Origin: Squalus acanthias
Lineage: Eukaryota
NCBI GenBank assembly: GCA_030390025.1
Contig: JASTWF010000359.1
Location: forward strand, 1 to 64,000
Length of the DNA stretch: 64,000 nucleotides
Direction: 5' to 3'
Position 1 is the first letter of the stretch. Each line of letters starts with the position of its first letter. This document shows positions 15,001 to 29,870 of this stretch, one piece after another. Below the pieces are notes generated by a model. It saw nothing but the letters and a program-made list of their open reading frames with translations, made no database searches and had not been told where the DNA came from. Position numbers and translations under genes: made by a program.

Positions 15001-18000
15001 CAGAGACAGGATGAGACAGTGACAGGATGAGACTGTGACAGTATGTGACAGTGACAGGATGAGACAGTGACAGGATGTGACAGTGACAGGATGTGACAGT
15101 GATAGGATGTGACAGTGACAGGATGTGACAGGATGAGACATTGACAGGATGTGACAGTGACAGGATGTGACAGGATGAGACAGTGACAGAATGTGACAGT
15201 GACAGGATGAGACAGGATGAGACAGTGACAGGATTTCACAGTGACAGGATGTGACAGGATGAGACAGTGACATATTGTGACAGTGACAGGATGTGACAGT
15301 GACAGGATGAGACAGGATGAGACAGTGACATATTGTGACAGTGACAGGATGTGAAAGTGACAGAATGTTACACTGACAGGATGTGACGGGATGAGACAGT
15401 GACAGGATGTGATAGTGACAGGATGAGGCAGGATGAGACAGTGATATATTGTGACAGAGACAGGATGTGACAGTGACAGGATGTGACAGTGACAGGATGT
15501 GACATAATGAGACAGTGACAGGATGTGACAGTGACAGGATGAGACAGGATGGGACAGTGACAGGATGAGACAGTAACAGGATGTGACAGTGACAGGATGT
15601 GACAGTGACAGGATGCGACTGGATGAGACAGTGACAGGATGAGACAGTGACACGATGAGACAGTGACAGGATGAGAAAGTGACAGGATGTGACAGTGACA
15701 GGATGTGACAGTGACAGGATGAGACAGTGACAGGATGTGACAGTGACAGGATGTGACAGGATGAGACAGTGACAGGATGTGACAGTGACAGGATGAGACA
15801 GGATGAGACAGTGACAAGATTTGACAGTGACAGGATGTGACAGTGACAGTATGTGACAGTGACAGGATGAGACAGTGACAGGATGTGACAGTGACAGGAT
15901 GTGACAGGATGTGACAGTGACAGGATGTGACAGGATGAGACAGTGACAGGATGAGACAGTGACAGGATGTGACAGGATGAGACAGTGACAGGATGAGACA
16001 GTGACAGGATGAGACAGTGACAGGATGTGACAGGATGAGACAGTGACAGGATGTGACAGTGACAGGATGTGACAGGATGAGACAGTGACTGGATGTGACA
16101 GTGACAGGATGTGACAGTGACAAGATGTGACAGGATGTGACAGTGACAGGATGTGACAGTGACAGGATGTGACAGTGACAGGATGAGACAGTGACAGAAT
16201 GTGACAGTGACAGGATGAGACAGTGACAGGATGTGACAGTTACAGGATGTGACAGTGACAGGATGAGACAATGACTGGATGTGACAGTGACAGGATGTGA
16301 CAGTGACAGGATGTGACAGTGACAGGATGAGACTATGACAGGAAGTGACAGTGACAAGATGTGACAGGATGAGTCTGTGACAGGATGAGACTGTGACAAG
16401 ATGTGACAGGATGAGACTGTGACAGGAAGTGACAGTGACAGGATGAGACAGTGACAGGATGAGACAGTGACAGGATGTGACAGAGACAGGATGAGACAGT
16501 CACAGGATGAGACTGTGACAGTATGTGACAGTGACAGGATGAGACAGTGACAGGATGTGACAGTGACAGGATGTGACAGTGATAGGATGTGACAGTGACA
16601 GGATGTGACAGTGACAGGAAGAGACTGTGACAGGAAGAGACAGTGACAGGATGTAACAGTGACTGGATGTGACAGTGACAGGATGAGACAGTGACAGGAT
16701 GTGACAGAGACAGGATGAGACAGTGACAGGATGAGACTGTGACAGTATGTGACAGTGACAGGATGAGACAGTGACAGGATGTGACAGTGACAGGATGTGA
16801 CAGTGATAGGATGTGACAGTGACAGGATGTGACAGGATGAGACATTGACAGGATGTGACAGTGACAGGATGTGACAGGATGAGACAGCGACAGAATGTGA
16901 CAGTGACAGGATGAGACAGGATGAGACAGTGACAGGATTTGACAGTGACAGGATGTGACAGTTACAGGATGTGACAGTGACAGAATGTGACAGTGACAGG
17001 ATGTGACAGGATGTGACAGTGACAGGATGTGACAGTGACAGGATGTGACAGGATGAGACAGTGACAGGATGAGACAGTGACAGGATGTGACAGTGACAGG
17101 ATGTGACAGGATGTGACAGTGACAGGATGTGACAGTGAAAGGATGTGACAGTGACAGGATGAGACAGTGACAGGATGTGACAGGATGAGACAGTGACAGG
17201 ATGTGACAGTGACAGGATGAGACAGTGACAGGATGACAGTGACAGGATGAAACAGTGACAGGATGTGACAGTGACAGGATGTGACAGTCACCCGATTTGA
17301 CAGGATGAGGCAGTGACAGGATGTGACAGTGACAGGATGAGACAGTGACAGGACGTGACAGGATGAGACAGTGACAGGATGTGACAGTGACAGGATGAGA
17401 CAGTGACAGGATGTGACAGTGACAGAATGTGACAGTGACAGGATGAGACAGTGACAGGAAGTGACAGTGACAGGATGAGACAGTGACTGGATGTGACAGT
17501 GACAGGATGTGACAGTGACAGGATGTGACAGGATGTGACAGTGACAGGATGAGACTATGACAGGATGTGACAGTGACAAGATGTGACAGGATGTGACAGT
17601 GACAGGATGTGACAGAGACAGGATGAGACAGTGACATATTGTGACAGTGACAGGATGTGAAAGTGACAGAATGTTACACTGACAGGATGTGATGGGATGA
17701 GACAGTGACAGGATGTGATAGTGACAGGATGAGGCAGGATGAGACAGTGATATATTGTGACAGAGACAGGATGTGACAGTGACAGGATGTGACAGTGACA
17801 GGATGTGACATAATGAGACAGTGACAGGATGTGACAGTGACAGGATGAGACAGGATGGGACAGTGACAGGATGAGACAGTAACAGGATGTGACAGTGACA
17901 GGATGTGACAGTGACAGGATGCGACTGGATGAGACAGTGACAGGATGAGACAGTGACACGATGAGACAGTGACAGGATGAGAAAGTGACAGGATGTGACA

Positions 18001-19848
18001 GTGACAGGATGAGACAGTGACAGGATGTGACAGTGACAGGATGTGACAGGATGAGACAGTGACAGGATGTGACAGTGACAGGATGAGACAGGATGAGACA
18101 GTGACAAGATTTGACAGTGACAGGATGTGACAGTGACAGTATGTGACAGTGACAGGATGAGACAGTGACAGGATGTGACAGTGACAGGATGTGACAGGAT
18201 GTGACAGTGACAGGATGTGACAGGATGAGACAGTGACAGGATGAGACAGTGACAGGATGTGACAGGATGAGACAGTGACAGGATGAGACAGTGACAGGAT
18301 GAGACAGTGACAGGATGTGACAGGATGAGACAGTGACAGGATGTGACAGTGACAGGATGTGACAGGATGAGACAGTGACTGGATGTGACAGTGACAGGAT
18401 GTGACAGTGACAAGATGTGACAGGATGTGACAGTGACAGGATGTGACAGTGACAGGATGTGACAGTGACAGGATGTGACAGGATGAGACAGTGACAGGAT
18501 GTGACAGTGACAGGATGAGACAGTGACAGGATGACAGTGACAGAATGAGACAGTGACAGGATGTGACAGTGACAGGATGTGACAGTGACAGGATGAGACA
18601 GTGACAGGATGTGACAGTGACAGGATGAGACAGTGACTGGATGTGACAGTGACAGGATGTGACAGTGACAGGATGTGACAGGATGTGACAGTGACAGGAT
18701 GAGACTGTGACAATATGTGACAGTGACACGATGTGACAGGATGAGACTGTGACAGGATGAGACTGTGACAGGATGTGACAGGATGAGACTGTGACAGGAT
18801 GTGACAGAGACAGGATAAGACAGTGACGGGATGTGACAGTGACAGGATGTGACAGGATGAGACAGTGACAGAATGTGACAGAGACAGGATGAGACAGTGA
18901 CAGGCTGTGACAGTGACAGGATGTGACAGTGACAGGATGTGACAGGATGAGACAGTGACAGGATGAGACAGTGACAGGATGTGACAGTGACAGGATGAGA
19001 CAGTGACAGGATGTAACAGTGACAGGATGTGACAGGATGAGACAGTGACAGGATGTGACAGGATGAGACTGTGACAGGATGTGACAGAGACAGGATAAGA
19101 CAGTGACGGGATGTGACAGTGACAGGATGTGACAGGATGAGACAGTGACAGAATGTGACAGAGACAGGATGAGACAGTGACAGGCTGTGACAGTGACAGG
19201 ATGTGACAGTGACAGGATGTGACAGGATGAGACAGTGACAGGATGAGACAGTGACAGGATGTGACAGTGACAGGATGAGACAGTGACAGGATGTAACAGT
19301 GACAGGATGTGACAGGATGAGACAGTGACAGGATGTGACAGTGACAGGATGTGACAGTGACAGGATGAGACAGTGACATATTATGACAGTGACAGGATAT
19401 GACAGTGACAGAATGTTACAGTGACAGGATGTGATGGGATGAGACAGTGGCAGGATGTGATAGTGACAGGATGAGACAGGATGAGACAGTGATATATTGT
19501 GACAGTGACAGGATGTGACAGTGACAGGATGTGACAGAATGAGACAGTGACAGGATGTGACAGTGACAGGATGTGACAGTGACAGGATGAGACAGGATGA
19601 GACAGTGACAGATGAGACTGTAACAGGATGTGACAGTGACAGAACGTGACAGGATGTGACAATGACAGGATGTGACAATGACAGGATGTGACAGGATGTG
19701 ACAGTGACAGGATGTGACAGTGACAGGATGTGACAGGATGTGACAGTGACAGGATGTGACAGTGACAGGATGTGACAGGATGTGACAGTGACAGGATGTG
19801 ACACTGACAGGATGTGACAGGATGTGACCGTGACAGGATGTGACAGTG
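1..19848. repeat. Giant compound tandem array of GACAGT (6 bp) and GACAGGATGT/GACAGGATGA (10 bp) units, running off the left edge of the window
   Basis: Directly visible for ~19.8 kb. Rare variant units (gacccgatttg, gacatattgt, gacagcatgt) recur at kb spacing, showing higher-order duplication. Confidence 0.98.
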
Positions 19849-20041
19849 TTGCTTTGCAGTTTGAGTTCAGAAGCTCAGGGAGCACGACCCAAAATAAAGA
19901 GCTGAGGCTGATTGGAAACTGCCAATCTGAGTCAGTGCCAGGAACAGACAAGAGCAACAAGAAGGAATAAACCCTTATTTTTTACCAACATTAAAGTGCA
20001 CATGGCTGCTGTTCAGCTACGAGCTTCCTTTGTTGCTTTGA

Positions 20042-20389
<348 letters not shown>

Positions 20390-20628
20390 TGATGCAAAGG
20401 TTTCTCACCATTGGCGGTTAAGGGTAACAAGTGATTTCTGGCTCAATCTAGGTAAACATCAGAAAGCAGAAAGAGAGCATGATATGCTGCCGCTGAACCA
20501 CGCCCAAATACCTCTTTCCAGAGAGGCGGGGTGGATATTGGAGTTAGATGTCACTTGAACATTGCCTCCTTATGTCTGCTGCCTGTTAATTAGGGGAAGA
20601 ATGGAAATGCAACAAGGTTATCGTACGC

Positions 20629-23600
20629 AGCGAGACAGTGAGACAGGGAGAGAGTGAGACAGTGAGACAGTGCGAGAGTGAGAGAGTGAGAGAGAGAGAC
20701 AGTGAGAGAGTGAGAGAGTGAGAGAGTGAGACAGTGAGAGAGTGAGACAGTGAGAGAGTGAGACAGTGAGAGAGTGAGAGAGTGAGAAAGTGAGAGAGTG
20801 AGATAGTGAGAGAGTGAGAGAGTGAGAGAGTGAGACAGTGAGAGAGTGACACAGTGAGACAGTGAGACAGTGAGAGAGTGACACAGTGAGAGAGTGAGAG
20901 AGTGAGACAGTGAGAGAGTGAGAGAGTGAGAGAGTGACACAGTGAGAGAGTGAGAGAGTGACAGTGAGAGAGTGACACAGTGAGAGAGTGAGAGTGAGAG
21001 AGTGACACAGTGAGAGAGTGAGAGAGTGAGAGAGTGAGACAGTGAGAGAGTGAGAGAGTGACACAGTGAGAGAGTGAGAGAGTGAGAGAGTGACACAGTG
21101 AGAGAGTGAGACAGTGAGAGAGTGAGACAGTGAGAGAGTGAGACAGTGAGAGAGTTACACAGTGAGACAGGGAGAGAGTGAGAGAGTGAGAGAGTGACAC
21201 AGTGAGACAGTGAGACAGTGAGAGAGTGAGACAGTGAGAGAGTGAGACAGTGAGACAGTGAGAGAGTGACACAGTGAGAGAGTGAGAGAGTGACACAGTG
21301 AGACAGTGACACAGTGAGAGAGTGACACAGTGAGACAGGGAGAGAGTGAGAGAGTGACACAGTGAGACAGTGTCACAGTGAGAGAGTGAGACAGTGAGAC
21401 AGTGGGAGAGAGTGAGAGAGTGAGACAGTGAGAGAGTGAGACAGTGAGAGAGTGAGAGAGTGACACAGTGAGAGAGTGAGAGAGTGACACAGTGAGACAG
21501 GGAGAGAGTGAGAGTGAGAAAGTGAGAGAGTGACACAGTGAGACAGTGAGAGAGTGAGAGAGTGAGACAGGGAGAGAGTGTGAGAGTGAGACAGAGAGTG
21601 ACGCAGTGAAACAGTGAGAGAGTGACACAGTGAGACAGTGAGAGAGTGAGAGAGTGAGACAGTGAGAGAGTGAGAAGGTGAGAGAGTGAGAAAGTGAGAG
21701 AGTTACACAGTGAGACAGGGAGAGAGTGAGAGAGTGAGAGAGTGACACAGTGAGACAGTGAGACAGTGAGAGAGTGAGACAGTGAGAGAGTGAGACAGTG
21801 AGACAGTGAGAGAGTGACAGAGTGAGAGAGTGAGAGAGTGACACAGTGAGACAGTGACACAGTGAGAGAGTGACACAGTGAGACAGGGAGAGAGTGAGAC
21901 AGTGACACAGTGAGACAGTGTCACAGTGAGAGAGTGAGACAGTGAGACAGTGGGAGAGAGTGAGAGAGTGAGACAGTCAGAGAGTGAGACAGTGAGAGAG
22001 TGAGACAGTGAGAGAGTGAGAGAGTGACACAGTGAGAGAGTGAGAGAGTGAGAGAGAGACACAGTGAGACAGGGAGAGAGTGAGACAGTGAGACAGTGAG
22101 AGAGTGAGACAGTGAGAGAGTGAGAGAGTGTCACAGTGCGACAGTGAGAGAGTGAGACAGTGAGACAGTGACACAGTGAGACAGTGAGAGAGTGAGAGTG
22201 ACACATTGAGACAGTGAGAGAGTGAAACAGTGAGAGAGTGAGAGAGTGAGACAGTGAGACAGTGAGAGAGTGAGAGAGTGATACAGTGAGAGAGTGAGAC
22301 AGTGAGAGAGTGAGAGAGTGAGAGAGTGAGAGAATGAGAGAGTGACACAGTGACAGAGTGAGAGAGTGAGACAGTGAGAGAGTGAGACAGTGAGAGAATG
22401 AGACAGTGAAACAGTGAGAGAGTGAGAGAGTGAGACAGTGAGAGAGTGAGACAGTGAGAGAGTGACACAGTGAGAGAGTGACACAGTGAGAGAGTGACAC
22501 AGTGAGAGAGTGAGACAGTGAGACAGTGAGAGAGTGAGACAGTGAGACAATGAGATTGTGAGAGAGTGACACAGTGAGAGAGTGAGAGTGTGAGAGAGTG
22601 AGACAGTGAGACAGTGAGAGAGTGAGAGAGTGACACAGTGAGACAGTGAGACAGTGAGACAGTGCGATTGTGAGAGAGTGACACAGTGAGAGAGTGACAC
22701 AGTGAGACAGTGAGATAGTGAGACAGTGAGAGAGTGAGAGAGTGACACAGTGAGACAGTGAGAGAGTGAGTGAGTGACACAGTGAGACAGTGAGACAGTG
22801 AGAGAGTGACACAGTGAGACAGTGAGAGAGTGAGAGAGTGACACAGTGAGACAGTGAGAGAGTTACACAGTGAGACAGTGACATAGTGAGAGAGTGAGAC
22901 AGTGAGACAGTGAGAGAATGACACAGTGAGACAGTGAGAGAGTAAGAGAGTGAGAGAGTGAGAGATTGAGAGAGTGAGACAGTGACACAGTGAGACTGTG
23001 AGAGAGTGAGACATTGAGACAGTGAGACTGTGAGAGAGTGAGAGAGTGAGAGAGTGACACATTGAGAGAGTGACACAGTGAGACAGTGAGAGAGTGAGAC
23101 AGTGAGAGAATGACCCAGTGAGACAGTGAGCGAGTGAGACAGTGAGACAGTGAAACTGTGAGAGAGTGACACAGTGAGACAGTGAGAGAGTGACACATTG
23201 AGACAGTGAGAGAGTGAGACAGTGAGAGAGTGACACAGTGAGACAGTGAGAGAGTGACACAGTAGGACAGTGAGAGATTGACACAGTGACACAGTGAGAG
23301 AGTGAGAGAGTGATAGAGTGACACAGTGAGAGAGTGAGAGAGTGAGACAGTGAGAGAGTGACACAGTGAGACAGTGACACAGTGAGACAGTGAGAGAGTG
23401 CGACAGTGAGAGAGTGAGACAGGGAAAGAGTGAGAGAGTGAGACAGTGAGAGAGTGAGACAGTGAGACAGTGAGAGAGTGACACAGTGAGACAGTGACAC
23501 ATTGAGAGAGTGACACAGTGAGACAGTGAGAGAGTGAGACAGTGAGGAGTGAGACAGTGAGAGAGTGAGAGAGTGAGACAGTGAGAGAGTGAGACAGTGA

Positions 23601-26600
23601 GAGAGTGAGAGAGTGAGAGAGTGAGAGAATGAGAGAGTGACACAGTGACAGAGTGAGAGAGTGAGACAGTGAGAGAGTGAGACAGTGAGAGAATGAGACA
23701 GTGAAACAGTGAGAGAGTGAGAGAGTGAGACAGTGAGAGAGTGAGACAGTGAGAGAGTGACACAGTGAGAGAGTGACACAGTGAGAGAGTGAGACAGTGA
23801 GACAGTGAGAGAGTGAGACAGTGAGACAATGAGATTGTGAGAGAGTGACACAGTGAGAGAGTGAGAGTGTGAGAGAGTGAGACAGTGAGACAGTGAGAGA
23901 GTGAGAGAGTGACACAGTGAGACAGTGAGAGAGTGAGACAGTGAGACAGTGCGATTGTGAGAGAGTGACACAGTGAGAGAGTGACACAGTGAGACAGTGA
24001 GATAGTGAGACAGTGAGAGAGTGAGAGAGTGACACAGTGAGACAGTGAGAGAGTGAGAGAGTGACACAGTGAGACAGTGAGAGAGTTACACAGTGAGACA
24101 GTGAGAGAGTGACACAGTGAGACAGTGAGATTGTGAGAGAGTGACACAGTGAGACAGTGAGAGAGTAACACAGTGAGACAGTGAGAGAGTGACACATTGA
24201 GACAGTGAGAGAGTGTCAAAGTGAGACAGTGAGGGAGTGACACAGTGAGACAGTGAGAGAGTGACACAGTGAGAGAGTAACAGCGTGAGACAGTGAGAGA
24301 GTGACACAGTGAGACAGTGAGAGTGTGAGACAGTGACAGAGTGAGACAGTGGGACAGTGAGAGAGTGACACAGTGAGACAGTGAGAGAGTGAGACAGTGA
24401 GACAGTGAGAGAGTGATACAGTGAGAGAGTGATACAGTGAGACAGTGAGAGAGTGACACAGTGATACAGTGAGACAGTGAGAGAGTGACACAGTGAGACA
24501 GTGAGACAGTGAGAGATTGATACAGTGAGAGAGTGAGACAGTGAGACAGTGAGAGAGTGACACAGTGAGACAGTGAGATAGTGACACAGTGAGACAGTGA
24601 GAGAGTGAGACAGTGAGACAGTGCGATTGTGAGAGAGTGACACAGTGAGACAGTGAGATAGTGAGACAGTGAGAGAGTGAGAGAGTGACACAGTGAGACA
24701 GTGAGAGAGTGAGTGAGTGACACAGTGAGACAGTGAGAGAGTGACACAGTGAGACAGTGAGAGAGTGAGAGAGTGACACAGTGAGACAGTGAGAGAGTTA
24801 CACAGTGAGACAGTGAGAGAGTGACACAGTGAGACAGTGAGATTGTGAGAGAGTGACACAGTGAGACAGTGAGAGAGTAACACAGTGAGACAGTGAGAGA
24901 GTGACACATTGAGACAGTGAGAGAGTGTCAAAGTGAGACAGTGAGGGAGTGACACAGTGAGACAGTGAGAGAGTGACACAGTGAGAGAGTGACAGCGTGA
25001 GACAGTGAGAGAGTGACACAGTGAGACAGTGAGAGTGTGAGACAGTGACAGAGTGAGACAGTGGGACAGTGAGAGAGTGACACAGTGAGACAGTGAGAGA
25101 GTGAGACAGTGAGACAGTGAGAGAGTGATACAGTGAGAGAGTGATACAGTGAGACAGTGAGAGAGTGACACAGTGATACAGTGAGACAGTGAGAGAGTGA
25201 GAGAGTGAGACAGTGAGAGAGTGAGACAGTGAGACAGTGAGAGAGTGACACAGTGAGACAGTGAGATAGTGACACAGTGAGTCAGTGAGAGAGTGACACA
25301 GTGAGACAGTGAGAGAGTGACACAGTGAGAGAGTGAGACAGTGAGACAGTGAGAGAGTGACACAGTGAGAGAGTGAGAGAGTGACACAGTGAGACAGTGA
25401 GAGAGTGTCACAATGAGACAGTGAGAGAGTGAGACAGTGAGACAGTGAGAGAGTGAGACAGTGAGACAGTGAGAGAGTGATACAGTGAGAGAGTGAGAGT
25501 GAGACAGTGAGAGAGTGAGAGAGTGAGAGAGTGAGAGAGTGACACAGTGAGACAGTGAGAGAGTGAGAGAGTGAGAGAGTGAGACAGTGAGAGAGTGAGA
25601 GAGTAAGAGAGTGAGAGAGTGAGAGAGGGAGACAGTGAGAGAGTGAGAGAGACACAGTGAGAGAGTGAGAGAGTGAGAGAGTGAGACAGTGAGAGTGTAA
25701 GACAGTGAGACAGTGAGAGTGACACAGTGAGACAGTGAGAGAGTGACACAGTGAGACAGTGAGAGAGTGACACAGTGAGACAGTGAGATTGTGAGAGAGT
25801 GACACAGTGAGACAGTGAGAGAGTAACACAGTGAGACAGTGAGAGAGTGACACATTGAGACAGTGAGAGAGTGTCAAAGTGAGACAGTGAGGGAGTGACA
25901 CAGTGAGACAGTGAGAGAGTGACACAGTGAGAGAGTGACAGCGTGAGACAGTGAGAGAGTGACACAGTGAGACAGTGAGAGTGTGAGACAGTGACAGAGT
26001 GAGACAGTGGGACAGTGAGAGAGTGACACAGTGAGACAGTGAGAGAATGAGACAGTGAGACAGTGAGAGAGTGATACAGTGAGAGAGCGATACAGTGAGA
26101 CAGTGAGAGAGTGACACAGTGATACAGTGAGACAGTGAGAGAGTGACACAGTGAGACAGTGAGACAGTGAGAGAGTGATACAGTGAGAGAGTGAGACAGT
26201 GAGACAGTGAGAGAGTGACACAGTGAGACAGTGAGATAGTGACACAGTGAGACAGTGAGAGAGTGACACAGTGAGACAGTGAGAGAGTGACACAGTGAGA
26301 GAGTGAGACAGTGAGACAGTGAGAGAGTGACACAGTGAGAGAGTGAGAGAGTGACACAGTGAGACAGTGAGAGAGTGTCACAATGAGACAGTGAGAGAGT
26401 GAGACAGTGAGACAGTGAGAGAGTGAGACAGTGAGACAGTGAGAGAGTGATACAGTGAGACAGTGAGAGAGTGAGAGAGTGAGAGAGTGAGAGAGTGAGA
26501 GAGTGAGAGAGTGACACAGTGAGACAGTGAGAGAGTGAGAGAGTGAGACAGTGAGAGAGTGAGAGAGTAAGAGAGTGAGAGAGTGAGAGAGGGAGACAGT

Positions 26601-27379
26601 GAGAGAGTGAGAGAGACACAGTGAGAGAGTGAGAGAGTGAGACAGTGAGAGTGTAAGACAGTGAGACAGTGAGAGTGACACAGTGAGACAGTGAGAGAGT
26701 GACACAGTGAGACAGTGAGAGAGTGACACAGTGAGACAGTGAGAGAGTGAGACAGTGAGAGAGTGAGACAGTGAGACAGTGAGAGAGTGAGAGAGTGAGA
26801 CAGTGAGAGAGTGAGAGAGTGAGACAGTGAGAGAGTGGGACAGTGAAAGAGTGAGAGAGTGAGAGAGTGACACAGTGAGAGAGTGAGACAGTGAGAGAGT
26901 GACACAGTGAGACAGAAGAGAGTGACACAGTGAGAGAGTGAGAGAGTGAGAGAGTGACACAGTGAGACAGTGAGAGAGTGAGACAGTGAGACTGTGAGAG
27001 AGTGAGACAGTGAGACAGTGAGATTGTGAGACAGTGAGAAAGTGAGAGTGTGAGAGAGTGAGTCAGTGAGAAAGTGAGTGAGTGAGAGAGTAACAGAGTG
27101 AGACAGTGAGAGAGTGAGACAGTGAGAAAGTGAGACAGTGAGAGAGTGACACAGTGAGACAGTGAGATAGTGACACAGTGAGACAGTGAGAGAGTGAGAC
27201 AGTGAGAGAGTGATACAGTGAGAGAGTGAGACAGTGAGAGAGTGACACAGTGATACAGTGAGACAGTGAGAGAGTGACACAGTGAGACAGTGAGACAGTG
27301 AGAGAGTGACACAGTGAGACCAAGGGAGAGTGAGACAGTGAGAGAGTGAGAGAGAGAGGCAGTGAGACAGTGAGAGAGT
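20629..27379. repeat. 6.75-kb tandem array of 8-bp units AGTGAGAG / AGTGAGAC / AGTGACAC
   Basis: Directly visible. Variant markers such as gtgtcaaagtgagacagtgagggag recur at ~24214, ~24925 and ~25872. Confidence 0.98.
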
Positions 27380-27912
27380 TCCCCAGGGTTCAGTACTGGG
27401 GGCTGGTGGGAGGTACACAGTGGGATTCCCCAGGTATCAGTACTAGGACCACTGCTGTTTTTGATATATATTAATGTCTTGGACTTGAGGGTACAAGGCA
27501 CAATTTTGAAATTTGCAGATGTCACAGAACCTGGAAGTATAGTTTTCAGTGAGGAGGATGGTAATAGACTTCAAGAGGACATACACAGGCTGATGGAATG
27601 GGCGGACACATGGCAGATGAAATTCACTGCAGAAAAGTGTGCTCTGATACATTTCAGTCGGAAGAATGAGGAGAGACCATACACAATAAATGGTACAATA
27701 TAAAGGGGGTGCAAAAACAGAGAGACCTGGGGGTGTCTGTGCACAAATCTATGAAGGTGACAGGACAGGTTAACAAAGCAGTTAATAAAACATCTGGGAT
27801 CCTGGGCTTTATAAATAGAGGTCATGATGCGGAGATGCCGGTGATGGACTGGGGTGGACAAAATTGAGAGGTTGCACAACACCAGGTTATAGTCCAACAG
27901 TTTTATTTGAAA

Positions 27913-27954
27913 TCACAAGCTTTCGGAGCTATCGATCGCCCCTTCCTCAGGTGA
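27913..27954 (-). ncRNA. Minimal type I hammerhead ribozyme motif in the Penelope 3' terminal repeat (core intact)
   Basis: Minus strand reads tcac-CTGAGGA-a-ggggc-gatcgata-gctcc-GAAA-gc-TT-gtga, followed by AATAAA. Confidence 0.75.
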
Positions 27955-28283
27955 AGTAGAGAAATACAGACTCGACAAAGCATATATAGATAGAGAACAA
28001 TGCATGTCTACCTTACAATTGCAGACAACTAAATTAAATCATCCTGACTATCTGCCGAGGTGTGATAAAGTTAATCAGGTCAGCCAGGAAGGTACCACAT
28101 CAAAGACATAGCAAGATACAACTGAGACAATGAGGTGGAGTCGCAGGGGGTCTAACGTGTCAAAAGCTGCCGTCTGTATGTAAAACGATAAGCTGTAAAA
28201 TTTTTACTTTTTCACTGGGAAAATTTTTACTTTTTTACTGGGAATCACATCTGTGAACAAGCCAACGACGACTCGAGTCCGGA

Positions 28284-29870
28284 TCACGTCATGTATCGTG
28301 ACATAAACCCAAGATCCCGGTTGAGACCGTCTTCATGAGTGCGGAACTTGGCTATCAGTTTCTGCTCGATGATTTTGCGCTGTCGTGTGTTCCTAAGGTT
28401 GCCTTGGAGAACGCTTACCCGCAGATCCGAGGCTGAATGTCCTTGACTGCTGAAGTGTTCCCCGACTGGGAGGTAACAATCCTGCCTGGTGATTGTTGCG
28501 CGGTGCTCGTTCATACGTTGTCTCAGTGTCTGCATGGTCTCGCCGATGTACCATGCCGTGGTGCATTCTTTCCTGCAACGTATGAGGTAGACAACGTTGG
28601 CCGAGTCACATGAGTATGTACCATGTACCTGGTGGGTAGTGTCCTCACGTGTGATGGTGGTATCTGTGTTGATGATCTGGCATGTCTTGCAGACTTTGCC
28701 GTGGCAGGGTTGTGTGGTGTCGTGGTCGCTGTTATCCTGAAAGCTGGGTAATTTGCTGCGAACGATGGTACTTCTGAGGTTAGGCGGCTGTTTGAAGGCA
28801 AGTAGTGGAGGCGTGGGGATGGCCTTAGCGAGGTGTTTGTCGTCATCGATGACATGTTGAAAGCTGCGAAGAACATGGCGTAGTTTCTCCGCTCCGGGGA
28901 AGTACTGGACGACGTAGGGTACCCTGTTGGTTGTGTCCCGTGTTTGCCTTCTGAGGAGGTCTATGCGATTTTTCGCTGTGGCCCGTCGGAACTGTCGATC
29001 GATGAGTCGAGCGTCATATCCCGTTCTTACGAGGGCATTTTTCAGCGTCCGTAGGTGTCCATCGCGTTCCTCCTCGTCTGAGCAGATCCTGTGTATTCGC
29101 AGGGCTTGTCCATAGGGGATGGCTTCTTTAACGTGGTTAGGGTGGAAGCTGGAGAAGTGGAGCATCGTGAGGTTGTCCGTGGGCTTGCGGTAGAGTGAAG
29201 TGCTGAGGTGTCCGTCTTTGATGGAGATTCGTGTGTCCAGGAATGAAACCGATTCTGAGGAGTAGTCCATGGTGAGTTTGATGGTGGGATGGAACTTGTT
29301 TATGTTATCGTGTAGTCTTTTCAGTGATCCTTCGCCATGGGTCCAAAGGAAGAAAATGTCGTCGATGTATCTGGTGTACAGCGTTGGCTGGAGGTCCTGT
29401 GCAGCGAAGAAGTCTTGCTCGAACTTGTGCATGAAGATGTTGGCGTATTGGGGTGCGAATTTGGTCCCCATGGCTGTTCCGTGTGTTTGGGTAAAAAAAA
29501 TGGTTGTCGAAGGTGAAGACATTGTGGTCAAGGATGAAGCGGATGAGTTGTAGGATGGCGTCTGGAGATTGGCTGTTGTTGGTGTTGAATACTGAGGCTG
29601 TCGCAGCGATGCCGTCATCGTGGGGGATACTGGTGTAGAGTGCCGATACGTCCATCGTGGCGAGGAGTGTTCCTGGTTCAACTGGTCCGTGGGTGCTGAG
29701 TTTCTGTAAGAAGTCTGTAGTGTCGTGACAGAAGCTGGGGGTTTCCTGTACGATGGGTTTCAGAATGCCCTCGACGTATCCAGAGAGGTTCTCACACAGG
29801 GTTCCATTGCCTGATACGATAGGACGTCCGGGTGTGTTGGCTTTGTGTATCTTTGGGAGGCAGTAGAAGT
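28284..29870 (-). pseudogene. Penelope-like RT + GIY-YIG endonuclease ORF, 5'-truncated, one frameshift in the A/T run near 29495
   Basis: Track ORFs 29305..30024 (FYCLPKIHK..HNVFTFDNHF) and 28284..29681 (FFTQTHGTAMGTKFAP..RYIDDIF..GIY-YIG..GLNRDLGFMSRYMT) join across the frameshift. Confidence 0.9.

Noticed and set aside
344..19960. Very long minus-strand ORFs (up to 2055 aa) rich in S/H/C/V/T/L
   Set aside because: Open in all three frames only because the satellite strand lacks stop codons; no domain content, mostly non-ATG starts.
20586..27525. Long SLSH/CLTV-repeat ORFs
   Set aside because: Translation of the 8-bp array; artefact.
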